Part shown: in pieces, positions 1 through 13,289 of the stretch
Layout: each line of letters starts with the position of its first letter
Numbering within the stretch: position 1 is the stretch's first letter
Assembly: GCA_951406725.2 (NCBI GenBank)
Contig: OX597835.1
Coordinates: 42,470,001-42,534,000, forward strand
Origin: Octopus vulgaris
Taxonomy: Eukaryota
Reading direction: 5' to 3'
Length of the DNA: 64,000 nt
The notes under the pieces: generated by a model
What the model saw: only the letters and a program-made list of their open reading frames with translations
What the model was told of the DNA's origin: nothing
The model's database searches: none
Position numbers and translations under genes: made by a program

Positions 1-750
1 TTTTAGACTCAAGATTCATTTCAATAGTGTTGTTGTAGTTCTTTTATTGTCATGTCTAAATGTGTGTGTACCATGAGTATATTTGCATTTAAAAGAGTCT
101 TGGTAAGACTTATGTAACATTTTATGCCATTGTTCTTATAACTAGAAACTTTCATGTAATATGCAACACTTTTTTGAAGATATTTACTGTTTACATCAGT
201 TAAAAAATTGCATTCAAGTGAAAACTTATGAGCAAGAGTGGGAACTAATATCTTTCTATTAATCTTTGGGAATGAAGTGGTACAATTATCCACACTGCTG
301 TAACTTACTTTAAGCTTACATCTATTAAAAACTTTTGTGGAACTTATGAGCAGTAGGGAAATGTTTACTAACTAAATTTAGAAAGTATTGACCAATGTTT
401 GATCTGATATTCAAACTAGAAGGTGGGTTAAACCACATATCCTTTTTTTTTTTTTTGAAGTTGCTAGTATTAGAAAAACAGTGCAGGGAAATGTTCTTCA
501 ATCTATCAATGAAGTCAGTTTTGCGAGGTGTCACTGTAAAAGAAAGCAGCACAGTTAAACGTTTCTTCATCAGAAGGTGTTCTTGAAATTTTGTTACAAA
601 TATTTCTAAGTAAATGTTTTAGAATGGTACATTTGAGGTTTTGTGAATATAATGTGTAATTTTGTTTTGTGTTCTCAAAGAGTTGTAGATGCTTGTGGCT
701 ACATTAAGTGTAATGTCTAAAATATTAACCATGGCATTTGCAATAGTCTT
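1..750 (-). mobile_element. Degraded Penelope-like retroelement (RT thumb, linker and GIY-YIG endonuclease)
   Basis: Minus-strand translation across frameshifts gives VNILDITLN...YIHKTSN, then WFNPPSSLNIRSNIGQYFLNLVSKHFPTAHKFHKSF-NRCKLKVSYS, then KSVAYYMKV...KCYISLT. This follows the order of the PLE motifs FLD.TL / WFNPP.S.NV.TNIG..FL.L..KHFP / K.SYS and a GIY-YIG-like V.Y...YIG. Confidence 0.85.
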
Positions 751-751
751 A

Positions 752-943
752 AGAGTGGTTGGTTGGTGTTAGGAAGGGCCTTCAGCATTGACATTTGCAA
801 TAATCTGCAGAATTGTTGATGTTACGAAGAACATCCAGCTGTAAAAACCCTGCCAAACCTGACTCAGTGGCCTGGGGTAGTCTTCTACCTGGTTAGTTCC
901 TGACAACCATCCTATGCCTGTATGCATGGAAGATGGACATTAA

Positions 944-945
<2 letters not shown>
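752..945 (+). mobile_element. Short interspersed element family C (RTE-related, GAT tail)
   Basis: gagtggttggttggtgttaggaaggg...catccagctgtaaaaac...catggaagatggacattaaat followed by (GAT)n; the same family recurs more than 10 times in the window. Confidence 0.75.
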
Positions 946-975
<30 letters not shown>

Positions 976-1021
976 AATGATGATACACAGACACACATAC
1001 ATGCACATATACACACCAACG

Positions 1022-1057
<36 letters not shown>

Positions 1058-1077
1058 TGTATGTATGTATGTATATA

Positions 1078-1991
1078 CACGGTGTTTGAGCTAATTTTGA
1101 GAGTTTGCATAAAAAGAAAACACAACATCCCATCCAAAAATAAAGGTTTTATAAAAAACTTTAAAAATATCAACCTAGATTATGGCTAGGAGATAACAAT
1201 TTACTCCGTAGATGCCCTCAGCTTTGATTATGCCTTCAAGATGGCTTCAGAACCTGGTGCAGGCATTCCTCACTGTGTCCTCAGGAAGATCTTTGAACAC
1301 CTCCTTGATTTCAGTCACTAGTTCAGCCTTGGTGTTGCAGGAAGAGCGATTGGTGTCTTTCTCAAATCCATGGGATTTTAATTGGGGGAATTTAGGGGGT
1401 CACAAATTGGAGCTGGTGAAATCATAGAAATTCTCCAACAACCATTTCTGACTCTTTCCAGAGGAATGCCAGGGAGCTGAACCCTACTGCCACACATATG
1501 GCCTTCCATCAGTGACCCTCTCCAGCCAGGGTTTCACTACAGCCTCCAGCAGCAACAGCTTCACATAGCTGTCTGAATTGAGTCTAAGGTCTTGTTTAAA
1601 GATATGGGAATGAAATGCAGTGTGTTGATGCACTCAGAATGCTTGCTGTGTCCCACCATGCAGGCCATTACTTCATAGTCTCTGTTGCAGCTGCCCATCT
1701 CATGTCTTGCAGCCTTTACAATATTCACAGAGCATTGAGCAGCAGCAGTCCTGATGTTGGCATTTTGATACCAAGTACAAATCCTCAATGTACAGGTTAA
1801 CTCTTTCCCAATATTCAGATGGCTTCCAGTCCTTTGTGTCAGCCAACTTTTTCTCAATTACAACTTTAGTCTTTATGCTTTAGTCTTTATGCTTTCCAAG
1901 GCTATTGACTGTTCACCAATACATCAAGATTTTCTTGAAAAAAGTAGACACAAAATATCACCAAATTTAGCCTAAACATCTAAACATCCTG
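1078..1991 (-). mobile_element. Internally deleted Tc1/mariner-superfamily transposon, maT (DD37D)-like
   Basis: Imperfect TIRs (cacggtgtttgagctaattttg; cagg.tgttt..aggctaaatttg on the minus strand) flanked by TA. Minus-strand peptide VVKPWLERVTDGRPYVWQ*GSAPWHSSGKSQKWLLENF...RNACTRF*SHLEGIIKAEG resembles Bmmar1-type WQQDSAPAH and the C-terminus. Confidence 0.8.
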
Positions 1992-2030
<39 letters not shown>

Positions 2031-2177
2031 GGACAGCTCCCTGCTAGCTACATGTCAAACTGTCCTACTCATGCCTGTGGAAAAGCAGATGATGATGATG
2101 ATGATGATGATATGTGTGTGTGTGTGTGTGTATGCATATATGTGTGCATGTGTGTGTACATGTGTGTAACTTTACAC

Positions 2178-2212
<35 letters not shown>

Positions 2213-2292
2213 TATATATATATATCACACACATATCACACATATCACACATATATCAACTTATACATTTTGTATACTTTCTCCATTATATA

Positions 2293-2376
<84 letters not shown>

Positions 2377-2865
2377 AAATATATATTAGTGATAAAAAGA
2401 CCATCCAATTATGATTATGAAAATTATGAAAAGCTACGACAATGAATTTTGTCTGATGTACGCTAATATGGAAGGCGAACATTAAAATGATGAGAAAGAT
2501 GATGATGATGATGATATACACATCATAACTGACAGGCTCCAATGTCAACTACTTTTGATATTTCAGTTGCATCATTATGTACATTTCGATAACCAATAAC
2601 CGATTAGACATTTACAGATCATTTCCTCAGAAGACATACATTGAAATATAAAACCAATTATGAACACCACCATCATACAATTGATGTTGTTCACTTCCAG
2701 TCTTCCATGTAAAACGTCTGGCTATGGGGAAACATCGCCTCACTTGCAAACAGGCGGGGGTTGGCAACAGGAAACACATTTGGTTGTAGAAAATGTGCCT
2801 CAAAACATTTCATCTGATCCATCCAAGCATTGAAAGATATTATCATGTATGATGATAACAACAAC

Positions 2866-2901
<36 letters not shown>

Positions 2902-2903
<2 letters not shown>

Positions 2904-3127
2904 CTTTACTACCCAAAAGGGGCTAAATACAGAGGGGACAAACAAGGACAGACAAAGGGATTAAGTCGATTACATCGACCCCAGTGCGTAACTGGTACTT
3001 AATTTATCGACCCCGAAAGGATGAAAGGCAAAGTCGACCTCGGCGGAATTTGAACCTGGAACGTAACGACATATGAAATACGGCTATGCATTTCGCCCGG
3101 CATGCTAACGTTTCTGCCAGTTCGCCG

Positions 3128-3130
<3 letters not shown>
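2902..3130 (-). mobile_element. tRNA-derived SINE family A (core gtcgactttgcctttcatcctttcggggtcgataaattaagtacc), tail type 1
   Basis: Pol III A/B-box-like head (ggcgaactggcagaaacgttagc...ggttcaaattcc), conserved central core and 3' tail ...gtagtaaagaa; many copies in the window. Confidence 0.85.
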
Positions 3131-3170
<40 letters not shown>

Positions 3171-3360
3171 ATTGCATTTGGTGGATAAATATTCTTTATT
3201 TGAAGATTAACAATGCTATCAATGAGAATTTTTCTGAACAAAAACAGAGAAGACTATCACCAGTTTTAAGTGGATTTTTCCAGAATTGTAAAAATTCTCA
3301 ATACCTAAAACCATTGGTAGTGTTATAAATTCACTAATAATATATATATACATACATACA

Positions 3361-3408
<48 letters not shown>

Positions 3409-3885
3409 TACATACATACATACATACGTACATGCACACACACACACACATACACACGCACACACACACACTAAGACTAATAACAGAAATGAGGAGAGCA
3501 TAATTATGACAAGATCAATAATGAACAAAATTAAAATCTATACCAATATATAATATTCTATGCAATAATTATGCTGCTAATTATATATTCGAATGCAGAG
3601 GACAATAGACGAATAATTATAACGAAATGAAGCAGAAATGGAACGACTATAATCCTGATGGTTATCTTGTGTGCTGGGGGTTACGTTAGTCAATTGAGAT
3701 TAAGATTAAACATAAAAATCAATATAAAGATGAATGGCAGAAACAAACATTTCAAAATATTTCGAAATCATGAAAATATTTAAAAAAAAAAAACAATATT
3801 TGATGGTTAAAGAGATCAACAGGTGTGACACAACCACAAATTTCACCTTGGCATGAGGTGAATGCTAGAGTTATAATAATAATGG

Positions 3886-3922
<37 letters not shown>

Positions 3923-4011
3923 GCTACTGCTACTGCTGCCGCTGCTACTATTACTTCTACTACTACTACTAATAATAATAATAATAAGAAGAAGAATAAC
4001 CGTAATGATAA

Positions 4012-4228
4012 TGGTTTCAAATTCTGCCACAAGGCCAGCCATTTTGGGGAAGGAGTTAAGTCAATTACATCGACCCCTAGTGCTCAACTGTTACTTAATC
4101 TATTGATCCCGAAAGGATGAAAGACAAAGTTGACCTTGATGGAATTTGAACCCAGAACGTTGTGGCAGACAAAATACTGCTAAGCATTTTGCCCGGTGTG
4201 CTAGCAATTCTACCAGCTCACTGCCTTA
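4012..4228 (-). mobile_element. SINE family A copy
   Basis: Same head and core as 2902-3130, with an alternative tail (ggccttgtggcagaatttgaaacc). Confidence 0.8.
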
Positions 4229-4287
4229 ACAACAACAACAACAACAACAGCAATGATAATAATGATGATAATAATAATAATAATAAA

Positions 4288-4639
4288 TCATGAGCAGAAG
4301 TAGTGGGGGAGCATCATAGCCATGTGTTGAGAGGGATTCGTTGTGGTTTGAATAATTCACCTTTGGAAACATGGGTGGTTCTTTCAACATCCTTAAACAA
4401 CCCTTATTCAGGGACCTTTTGAGCGGGATGGGTTACTCGACCTGAAAAAAATTCTAACTGGGCCCCACCTGCAAGGTCATGTGCTGTTTGTCTTGATATG
4501 AGATCTCCATGTCGCGCACATATGGTTGTGATGCATGTCCCTAGTGTACCCTTATCAGACAGGTAGTCATGATGGGTATACTGGGCTTCGTATATTTTAC
4601 CCCAGTGTCACTTTGATGGCATGCACTGCTCTCTCACGC
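4288..4639 (+). mobile_element. Non-coding interspersed family D (left-truncated copy) in an (AAT)n tract
   Basis: Homologous to 11160-11671 and 33685-33897; all share the right end ...ggcatgcactgctctctcac.c(aat)n. Confidence 0.75.
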
Positions 4640-4669
4640 AATAATAATAATAATAATAATAATAATAAT

Positions 4670-4880
4670 CTTTTCTACTATAGGCACAAGGCCTGAAATT
4701 CTTTGGGGTAGGGGAGTAGTTGATTACATCAACCCCAGTGAATAACTGGTACTTATTTCATCGACCCCGAAAGGATGAAATGCAAAGTCGACCTTTGTGG
4801 AATTTGAACTCAGAATGTAGTGACAGGCAAAATACCATTAAGCATTTCACCCAGTGTACAAACGATTCTGTCAGCTCACC
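4670..4880 (-). mobile_element. SINE family A copy, tail type 2
   Basis: Core plus tail ggccttgtgcctatagtagaaaag. Confidence 0.8.
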
Positions 4881-5580
4881 ATCTTACATAATAGTAACAA
4901 CAACAATAATAATAATAATAAGAAGAAGAAGAAGAAGAAGAAGAAATATGATGACTAAAGATATAGGAAGGTAGATTTGGTTAGAAGGTATGGTTCAAAT
5001 ACAATACTAAATATTGTGCAAGGAGTTTACAGAGACAGAATAACAAGGGTATACATTAAATTACATATCGGGAACTCATAAGATTTCGTATATATAAAAT
5101 ATAGATAGATATAACACCCTAAAAGAGCATATGTTTAATTTATAGTTTTTGAAAGGGCCCAAAATGAATTCTGCATAAAGTTGTTATAGAATAAGAATTT
5201 TAAACAATGTCTGCACTTGATAACCATTTCATTATGCTTGTTAAGTAGGTGTTGCTTATTTGTCATAATGACAGCCAGTGTTTCATGTATATGAACATAT
5301 CTATGGTATCATTTGACTCAATAAAGATTAGTGTATTGAATACGAAACAGAGTTGAAGATATATGAAAAGATATACATATAGCTTAAAATGTGCAATGTA
5401 TACTTTAAGTTTCATGGTACGACATGATATGTATCTTAAAAAAACTACTTATATCAAGCAGTTAAGTATTTTATCATGAAACTTAACATCTGCTGGTACA
5501 CAGTTTATGAAAATATATGCATGTATATATATATATATATATATGTATGCAAGTATATGTATGTATAATACCAATACTGT

Positions 5581-5723
5581 ATTATAGCCTTGTTATAGTC
5601 AAATTACCAATTGGTTTCATACCAAATGCCAGGAGTTGAGAACCAGCTCCAGCAATCAACAGAAGTTGGTTCTCAATTCTGATATGAAACCAATTTGTAA
5701 ATTGGCTACTATGAGACTATAAT
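5581..5723. repeat. Imperfect fold-back palindrome (MITE-like), arms of about 60 bp
   Basis: attatagccttgttatagtcaaattaccaattggtttcata...gagttgagaaccagct is matched in reverse complement by agttggttctcaattctgatatgaaaccaatttgtaaattggctactatgagactataat. Confidence 0.7.
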
Positions 5724-5730
5724 GTATTTT

Positions 5731-5783
<53 letters not shown>

Positions 5784-5788
5784 TGATA

Positions 5789-6259
5789 ATCGACCAGACA
5801 TAATTGTTAAAGAGAGGGAAGAAAATACCTGCAGACTAATAGAGGTAAGCGTCCCCACTGATAAAAATATATCTGTAAAGGAATTTGACAAACTTAGTAA
5901 GTATAAGGACCTGGAAATCGAAATACAAAAGATGTGGAATCTTAAAACAAAAACTGTTCCTGTTATTGTAGGTGCCCTAGGTATGATAAAAAAAGGGATG
6001 TCAGAAACACCTAGACAATATCCCTGGAGAACCATGTCTCAAGGAAATCCAAAAGATTCTGCTAACAAGTACTGCCCACATCCTTAGATAAACCCTATCA
6101 ATGTAAATGTTTGTGTTGTATTACATGGAGATATTTCTCTACTTCCTCTCCCCAAGCTTTCAGCTATATTTCAACAACTCTTAACCTTCACTTGCCCTAG
6201 GGCACTGGGTGTGCCCCGGCAAGTGATTGCATCAAACATGCAGACTAAAAGTAAATGAC
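5789..6259 (+). mobile_element. 5'-truncated R4/Dong-clade non-LTR retrotransposon (restriction-like endonuclease domain plus 3' UTR) in (TAA)n
   Basis: NRPDIIVK...CRLIEVSVPTDKNISVKEFDKLSKYKDLEIEIQKMW...VPVIVGALG and, after a frameshift, EIQKILLTSTAHILR. This is the PD-(D/E)xK RLE domain typical of R4/Dong. (AAT)n lies on both sides. Confidence 0.9.
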
Positions 6260-6313
<54 letters not shown>

Positions 6314-6588
6314 AATGATAATAATAATGATGATGATGATAATAATATACAGCCTCTGATAACAAAATATTTTTTTCTGATCCATGAATTTTTGCACATC
6401 AATATTCACATATATATATATACATACATACATATATATGTATATTATAGCCAAGCAAGGTGTATACTGCAGGCTACCCTTCAGGCCAAGGGTATCTTGA
6501 TTAAATAAAGTTTACATTGTCATTAGAAGGCTCATGTTAACATACAGAGGATTCAATCAAAATGTGATATATGTATATTATATATGTA

Positions 6589-6631
<43 letters not shown>

Positions 6632-6651
6632 TATATATGTGTATGTATATA

Positions 6652-6877
6652 TTTCTTTACTGCCCAGAAGGGGCTAAACACAGAGGGGACAAACAAGGAC
6701 AGACGAAGGGATTGAGTCGATTATATCGACCCCAGTGTGAAACTGGTACTTTATTTATCGACCCCGAAAGGATGAAAGGCAAAGTTGACCTGGGTGGAAT
6801 TTGAACTCAGAACGTAACCACAGACGAAATACCACTAAGCATTTTGCCTGGCGCGCTAACAATTCTGCCAGCTCGCT
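6652..6877 (-). mobile_element. SINE family A copy, tail type 1
   Basis: Near-identical to 2902-3130. Confidence 0.85.
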
Positions 6878-7096
6878 GCACACATGTGTGTGTATGTATA
6901 TGTATATGTATATTATATGTATATGTGTGTATATATAAATTTTTAGATATATATATATACAAATTTACTGACAGACGATATGCACAACACCAAAAGAAGT
7001 AGACCTCAGGAGAGTATTTGATATAAATAATAGAACCATGGAAGAACACTTATGTCAGAATGATCAGATCAGCAAATGTTCTATTGCTGTTCTTAA

Positions 7097-7317
7097 CCCT
7101 TTAGTGTTCGCATTATTCTGCCAAAATTAATGCTTTTACATCCACATTGTTTTGAATTAATCATGCATTACCTTGTAGCTATGAGATTTTGATGAGGTAG
7201 CTGTTAATTTTTAAGATGATATTGTAGGGTTGGTGTGAGAGACCAGATCTGGCTAGTTTGAATATAAAACAGGCAGAATACTTTTGGCCGGATATGGCCG
7301 GTTTAAATGCTAAAGAG
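7097..7317. mobile_element. piggyBac-type MITE
   Basis: TTAA|ccctttagtgtt ... aatgctaaagag|TTAA, i.e. TTAA target duplication and CCC-type termini. Sister copies at 31715-32258 and 52420-52858. Confidence 0.75.
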
Positions 7318-7782
7318 TTAAACTAGTTTTTAAAAAGAATAAGTCATTAACTTGATTTAACATTTGTATCATCATCATCATCAATGGTTTGATTCAGTTC
7401 CATTGCAGGCCCTTAACAGCAGCCTGTCTCATTCAGGTTTTGGATTGCTGAATACATACATACATACATACATACATGTACATACACACACACACACATA
7501 TATATAAAATTAAAGTAGACACCAAAAAGAAAACTATAATTGCCATTAAATGTGACGAGGTTGTCAGAAACATCTATATTGCTAGAAATAAGAGCTAAAA
7601 TGCTTTAATGGTGTAGTGAAATAATTGTATAAATATATACTGACAGGGACTGTAATTGCCTGCAAACACCATTCAAGAATTCCTTATACTGACAGTCAGT
7701 TTCGACAAAATGTATGTATGTATGTATGTATGTATGTATGTATATATATGCACATGTATAAGAAAGTGTGTATATATGTATG

Positions 7783-7820
<38 letters not shown>

Positions 7821-7864
7821 TGTATAAGAAAGTGTGTATATATGTATATATATATAAATATATA

Positions 7865-8580
7865 TGGAACCATGGAAAAGCAATCTACCATATTAAGAAT
7901 TCCCTGACCAAGAGACGGCCTTTTATTGGATACCCTGCCTTTGTAGAATTTTGGTAACTAAGAAAATTAGGTGTAGATGAAAGGCTTGCGAGAGTCTGGC
8001 AGTCTTTTACAGAGATGCTATCATCAAGGTGAGGGTTGGTAGTGAACTTAGTGAAGACTTTGGCATGCTTGTTGGGCGTTTAACAATGCTCAGTTCTTAG
8101 TCCTCTCCTTTTTACTATAATTCTCTTTGTCATAACAGATGAGTTTCAGGGAGACTTCTGTTGTATGCTGATGGCCAAGTTTTCATGGCCTAAGCATTTT
8201 AAAGAATTAGGAAAGAAGAAACAAACTGGAAAGCAAAACTTAAAACTGAGAAGCTTCAAAGTAAACCAAAGACAAATATTTTAATTTGCAGAAATAAGAC
8301 AAAATTTTACTGCTCTCCATCTGGGGAAGCAAACATACTCAAAATATAGAAAAGAAGTAGATAGGAATTCCATATGGTGTTGCCCAACATCAACTATTGG
8401 TGATGTAGTGGGATCAGAGGTAGGGTAAGGGGGAAGAAGGACTGTGTGTAGCAGTTGCATAGGATTAATTAGCAGTGAGAGGACCCTTTAAATAAATTCT
8501 TTCAAATGTTCAAAGGGATCACTGTTAAGCAGTTGACAACTTCTGTAGCCAATGTGACATTTTTAGAGGCAGAAATGGGG
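7865..8580 (+). mobile_element. Degraded RTE-clade LINE reverse transcriptase fragment
   Basis: Frameshifted peptide LRKLGVDERL...FYRDAIIKVRVGSELSEDF...SVLSPLLF...LLYADG...RKEVDRNSIWC...AVDNFC matches the QGSVLSPLLF / LLYADD motifs of RTE RT. Confidence 0.75.
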
Positions 8581-8732
8581 GCTCAGAAAAATAGGCAGCA
8601 GTTTGCAAATAACTCAGAGAAAGTTTATCCTTTTTGTTATCATATTTCTTTTGAAATATGCTGTGTTTGTTTCCAATAAATTTTAAAATAATGAAGAATT
8701 TAGTAAAATAACTAACATTATTAAGCTCAGGT

Positions 8733-8950
8733 AAGGTGGCAAGCTGGTAGAATTGTTACCATGCCGGCAAAAGGCTTAGCAGCATTTTGTCTGTCGCTAT
8801 GTTCTAAGGTCAAAGTTCCACCAGGGTCTCCTTTGCCTTTCGTCTTTTCGGGGTTGATAAAATAAGTACCAGTCATGCACTGGAGTCGATGTAATCAATT
8901 TACCCACTTTTCTCCAACTTAACTGGTTTTGTGCCAAAATTTGAAATCAT
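8733..8950 (+). mobile_element. SINE family A copy
   Basis: aaggtggcaagctggtagaa head, core cctttcgtcttttcggggttgataaaataagtacc. Confidence 0.75.
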
Positions 8951-9390
8951 TATGAAGCAGGTGTCTGGGACATAAATTAACAGGAGGCTTTCATGGAAGA
9001 TTTTAATTTGGATCATTTTAATGCCTCTTGTTAGGAAATTTCTGTTGAAATACAATTATGTTTGTTTCAATTAATTTTGAAAATAATGCAGATTTTACAA
9101 GAATAACTTTGTCCTTGTTAAACTGGTGTTTGGAACGTAAATTAACGTTTTGGGAGGAAGTTTAAATTTTGATTATTTTAAAACAGGAAGTTTGAATCAT
9201 AAAAATGAAATTACCCTCAAATTGCACACTGACGTTTTTAAATTGAAAGGGAACATTGGGCAATGTAGTCTTAGATACATTTTCCTTGCATAAAAGATGG
9301 GATGCTTCTACGTGGCCACTGAACTTATCAGACATTGCAGTCAAATCTTCCTCAAATCACACCATAATACCTTATTAGAACAAGGTACAA

Positions 9391-9608
9391 GAGGATAACG
9401 TTAGCACGCCGGGCGAAATGCTTAGTATTTTGTCTGCCGTTACGTTCTGAGTTCAAATTCCGCCGAGGTCGACTTTGCCTTTCATCCTTTCGGGGTCGAT
9501 TAAATAAGTACCAGTTATGCACTGGGGTCGATATAATCGACTTAATCCATTTGTCTGTCCTTGTTTGTCCTCTCTGTGTTTAGCCCCTTGTGGGTAGTAA
9601 AGAAATAG
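9391..9608 (+). mobile_element. SINE family A copy, tail type 1
   Basis: Well-preserved body ending gtgggtagtaaagaaatag. Confidence 0.85.
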
Positions 9609-9697
9609 GTATGTATGTATGTGTATATGCGTCTGTATGCATGTGTTTATGCTTATACACACACATATATCATCATCATCATCATCATCATCATCAT

Positions 9698-10088
9698 TTA
9701 ATATCCTCTATCCATGTTGGCACGGGTTGGATGGTTTGACTGATAATTGGTAAGCTGAGGAGCTGCATCAGGTTCCAATCTGATTTGGCATGGTTTTTAC
9801 AGTTGGATGCCCTTCCTAATGCCAACCACTCCATAGAGTATAGTGGGCACTTTTTACATGCCACCAGCATGGGTGCCAGTTATGAAACACCAGCATCAGC
9901 CCTGACTATGATCTCATTTAGCTTGATGGGTTTTCTCAAGCATGGTATATTGCCAAAGGTGTTGGTCACTTGTCACTGCCTCCGTGACGCCCAAAATACA
10001 AAGGGTGCATTCAAAGGGTACTTCTTATGTGCCACCATCATGGGTGCCAGTTACACAACACTGGTATCAGCCACAACTACAATTTCAG
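9698..10088 (-). mobile_element. Family C element with repeated 5' module
   Basis: (CAT)n tail at left, ggatgcccttcctaatgccaaccactcc core, two tgccacca.catgggtgccagtta modules. Confidence 0.75.
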
Positions 10089-10122
10089 CCATACATACAT
10101 ACATACATACATATATATATAT

Positions 10123-10524
<402 letters not shown>

Positions 10525-10558
10525 CCCTCACTCTTTATAGGTACATGAATTGCATGTG

Positions 10559-10596
<38 letters not shown>

Positions 10597-10678
10597 TGTC
10601 TGTCTATAGAAAGTAAAGAACCAGAAGAAATGTTGCTAACCCTTTCGTCTGCTGTACTAATTCTGCCAAGTTAATAAT

Positions 10679-11133
10679 CCCTTCTAGTATAAGCACAAGG
10701 CCTGCAATTTGGAGGTGGTAGTAGGGGGGGGGTCAGTCGATTATAGCGACCCCACTACTCAATTGGTACTTTATTTCATCAACCCCCAAAAGGATGAAAG
10801 GCAAAGTCATCCTCAGTGGAGTTTGAACACTGAACATAAAGACAGGCAAAACGCCACGAAGCATTTTGTCCAGCAGACTAACAATTCTGCCACTTTAACA
10901 ACAACAACAACAATAATGGTTTCAAATTTTGCCACAAGGGCAGCAGTTTTGGGGGAGGGGATGAATTGATTACATCGACCCCAGTATTCAACTGGGTACT
11001 TATTTTATCAACCCTGAAAGGGATGAAAGGTAAAGTTGGCCTCGGCAGAATTTGAACTCAGGACGTAGTGATGGGCGAAATAGTGCTAAGTATTTCGACT
11101 GGTGAGTGAACGATTCTGCCAGCTCACCACCTT
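10679..11133 (-). mobile_element. Two adjacent SINE family A copies
   Basis: Cores at about 10760-10830 and 10990-11060, separated by (AAC)n. Confidence 0.75.
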
Positions 11134-11159
11134 AGCAACAACAACAACAATAATAATAA

Positions 11160-11671
11160 TGCAGTACCAGGCAGTGGATCTCATGGCTTTTGACCTTAAC
11201 TGATTGGAAGTGTTGACACATAAATGTCTTGTCTTGGTGTAAAAAGATGGACTACAGCAAATATTCTGCTCAATAGAACAGATTTGCTCATCAGTTGTTT
11301 GACCTTAACCAGTTGAGCATGTCCCTAAGTGGCTGACGATATGTGCATCTCTGATCACGAGCAGAAGTGGTGGGGGAGCATCATAGCCATGTGTTGAGAG
11401 GGATTCTTTGGGGTTTGAATAGTTCACCTCTGGAAACATGGGTGTTTCATTCATCATCAGGGACCTACTGAACGGGATGAGCTATACGACCTGAAGAAAA
11501 TTCTAATTAGCCTCCCGCCACCTGCAAGGTCATGCAATGTTTATACTGATATGAGGTTGTAGTGTATGTGCCTGGTGTACACTTATCAGCTGGGTAATCA
11601 TGATGGGTATATCGGGCTTCATATATTTGCACCCCAGGGTCATTTTGATGGCATGCACTGCTCTCTCACTC
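11160..11671 (+). mobile_element. Family D, longest copy (about 510 bp), flanked by (AAT)n on both sides
   Basis: aataataat|gcagtaccaggcagtgg ... ctgctctctcactc|aataataat; no credible ORF. Confidence 0.75.
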
Positions 11672-11711
<40 letters not shown>

Positions 11712-12023
11712 GTTTCAAATTCTGACACAAGGCCAGCAATTTCAGTGAGGAGGCAAGTTAATTACATCGATCCCAGTATTCCACTGGTACTTATCTTATC
11801 TACCATGAAAAAATGAAAAGCAAAGTTGACTTTGCCTTTCATTAACTATGCCTTTGTTTTATTGTTTATTTGTTTCAGTCATTAGACTGTGGCCATGCTG
11901 GGGCACCACCTTGACTTGAAGGAATCGACCCCGTTACTTGGTTTTTTTTTTTTTTATTAAAGCCTGGACAAAATGCTGCTATTTTTTAGCCTAGCATGCC
12001 AACGATTCTTCTAGCTCACTGCC

Positions 12024-12065
<42 letters not shown>

Positions 12066-12586
12066 GACGTTTGGCAACAAATGGAAACAAAATTGAACAG
12101 GGAATAAAAATTCATAATAGTAATAATAATATTAATGTTGTTGTTGTTGTTGTTGCTGCTGTTCTTCTTCTTCTTTCTCTAACATATTGTCATCATTTTT
12201 TTTTTCTTCTTTTCCATTCTTTCATCAATGTTCGGTGGAAATTAACAAACGAAGATGCTTCAATCAGACATAAAAAACATCACAACTCTATTTTCAAACA
12301 AACAAACACTTAGCAATTATGCCCTTTCATCGTTACGTTTAATTAAACATATGTTGTTTTTTCCCCTATTAGCAACGTCGTATTACTGAATACTATGCGT
12401 ATGGATTGGTTAGTACAAAATAATATATGTTAATCTCACTGGCTGTATTGATTTCCTTCAGACTGGGTGTAGGATGAGTGGAGGCAGGTATTATGGTTTA
12501 TGCGAGCTTCAATTGTGAAAAGATGACAACACTGCAAGTGAGAGATCTCAGTAGCTAGCCATATGTTAAGTTGTAGCTTGAATATG

Positions 12587-12834
12587 CAATAATCCCTCTC
12601 CACAGCGTGGTTCATCTATCGCAGTTCACTTACCACGGTTTATTATTTAAGTTTGTGTCGATTCCTCCATGGTGTTGGTTGGCATTTGTAATAAAATAAA
12701 TATATACAAATTATAAAAATAATTTAAAAAATATAAACACAGTAGAGTCCTGTTTCTGCTTCGTTCCTTTTCACCTATTGTGGCAGGTTTTGGAATTTTG
12801 GAATGTAACACCCATGATAGTTGAGGGATTACTG
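12587..12834. mobile_element. pogo/Tigger-type MITE
   Basis: Termini caataatccctc ... gagggattactg|TA (CAGTAATCCCTC-type TIR) with an internal degenerate tatcgcg-like subrepeat. Confidence 0.65.
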
Positions 12835-12904
12835 TACATATATATATGAAGGTAAATGTATGTGTATGTATGTATGTATGTATGTATGTATGTATGTGTA
12901 TGTA

Positions 12905-12958
<54 letters not shown>

Positions 12959-13091
12959 ATATGCATTTAAGAATTTATTTATATATAAGTGATCAGGTGA
13001 AGTTACGTACCCCGCTATCTAAATATTTGGGAGTGTAAATATATAAATATATATGTATGTATACAAACATATGTACACACACAGAGGTATG

Positions 13092-13142
<51 letters not shown>

Positions 13143-13289
13143 ACAAACATATGTACACACACACTCACAGATATGTATATATGTGTGTGTATATATATAT
13201 ATATATATGTGTATACAAATATATGTACACACACACACAGATATGTGTGTATGTGTGTATATATATGTATCTTTTATGTTTTGTTTTAT

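Noticed and set aside
3625-3690. Short peptide MKQKWNDYNPDGYLVCWGLR*
   Set aside because: It is too short, bounded by stops and lacks convincing splice signals.
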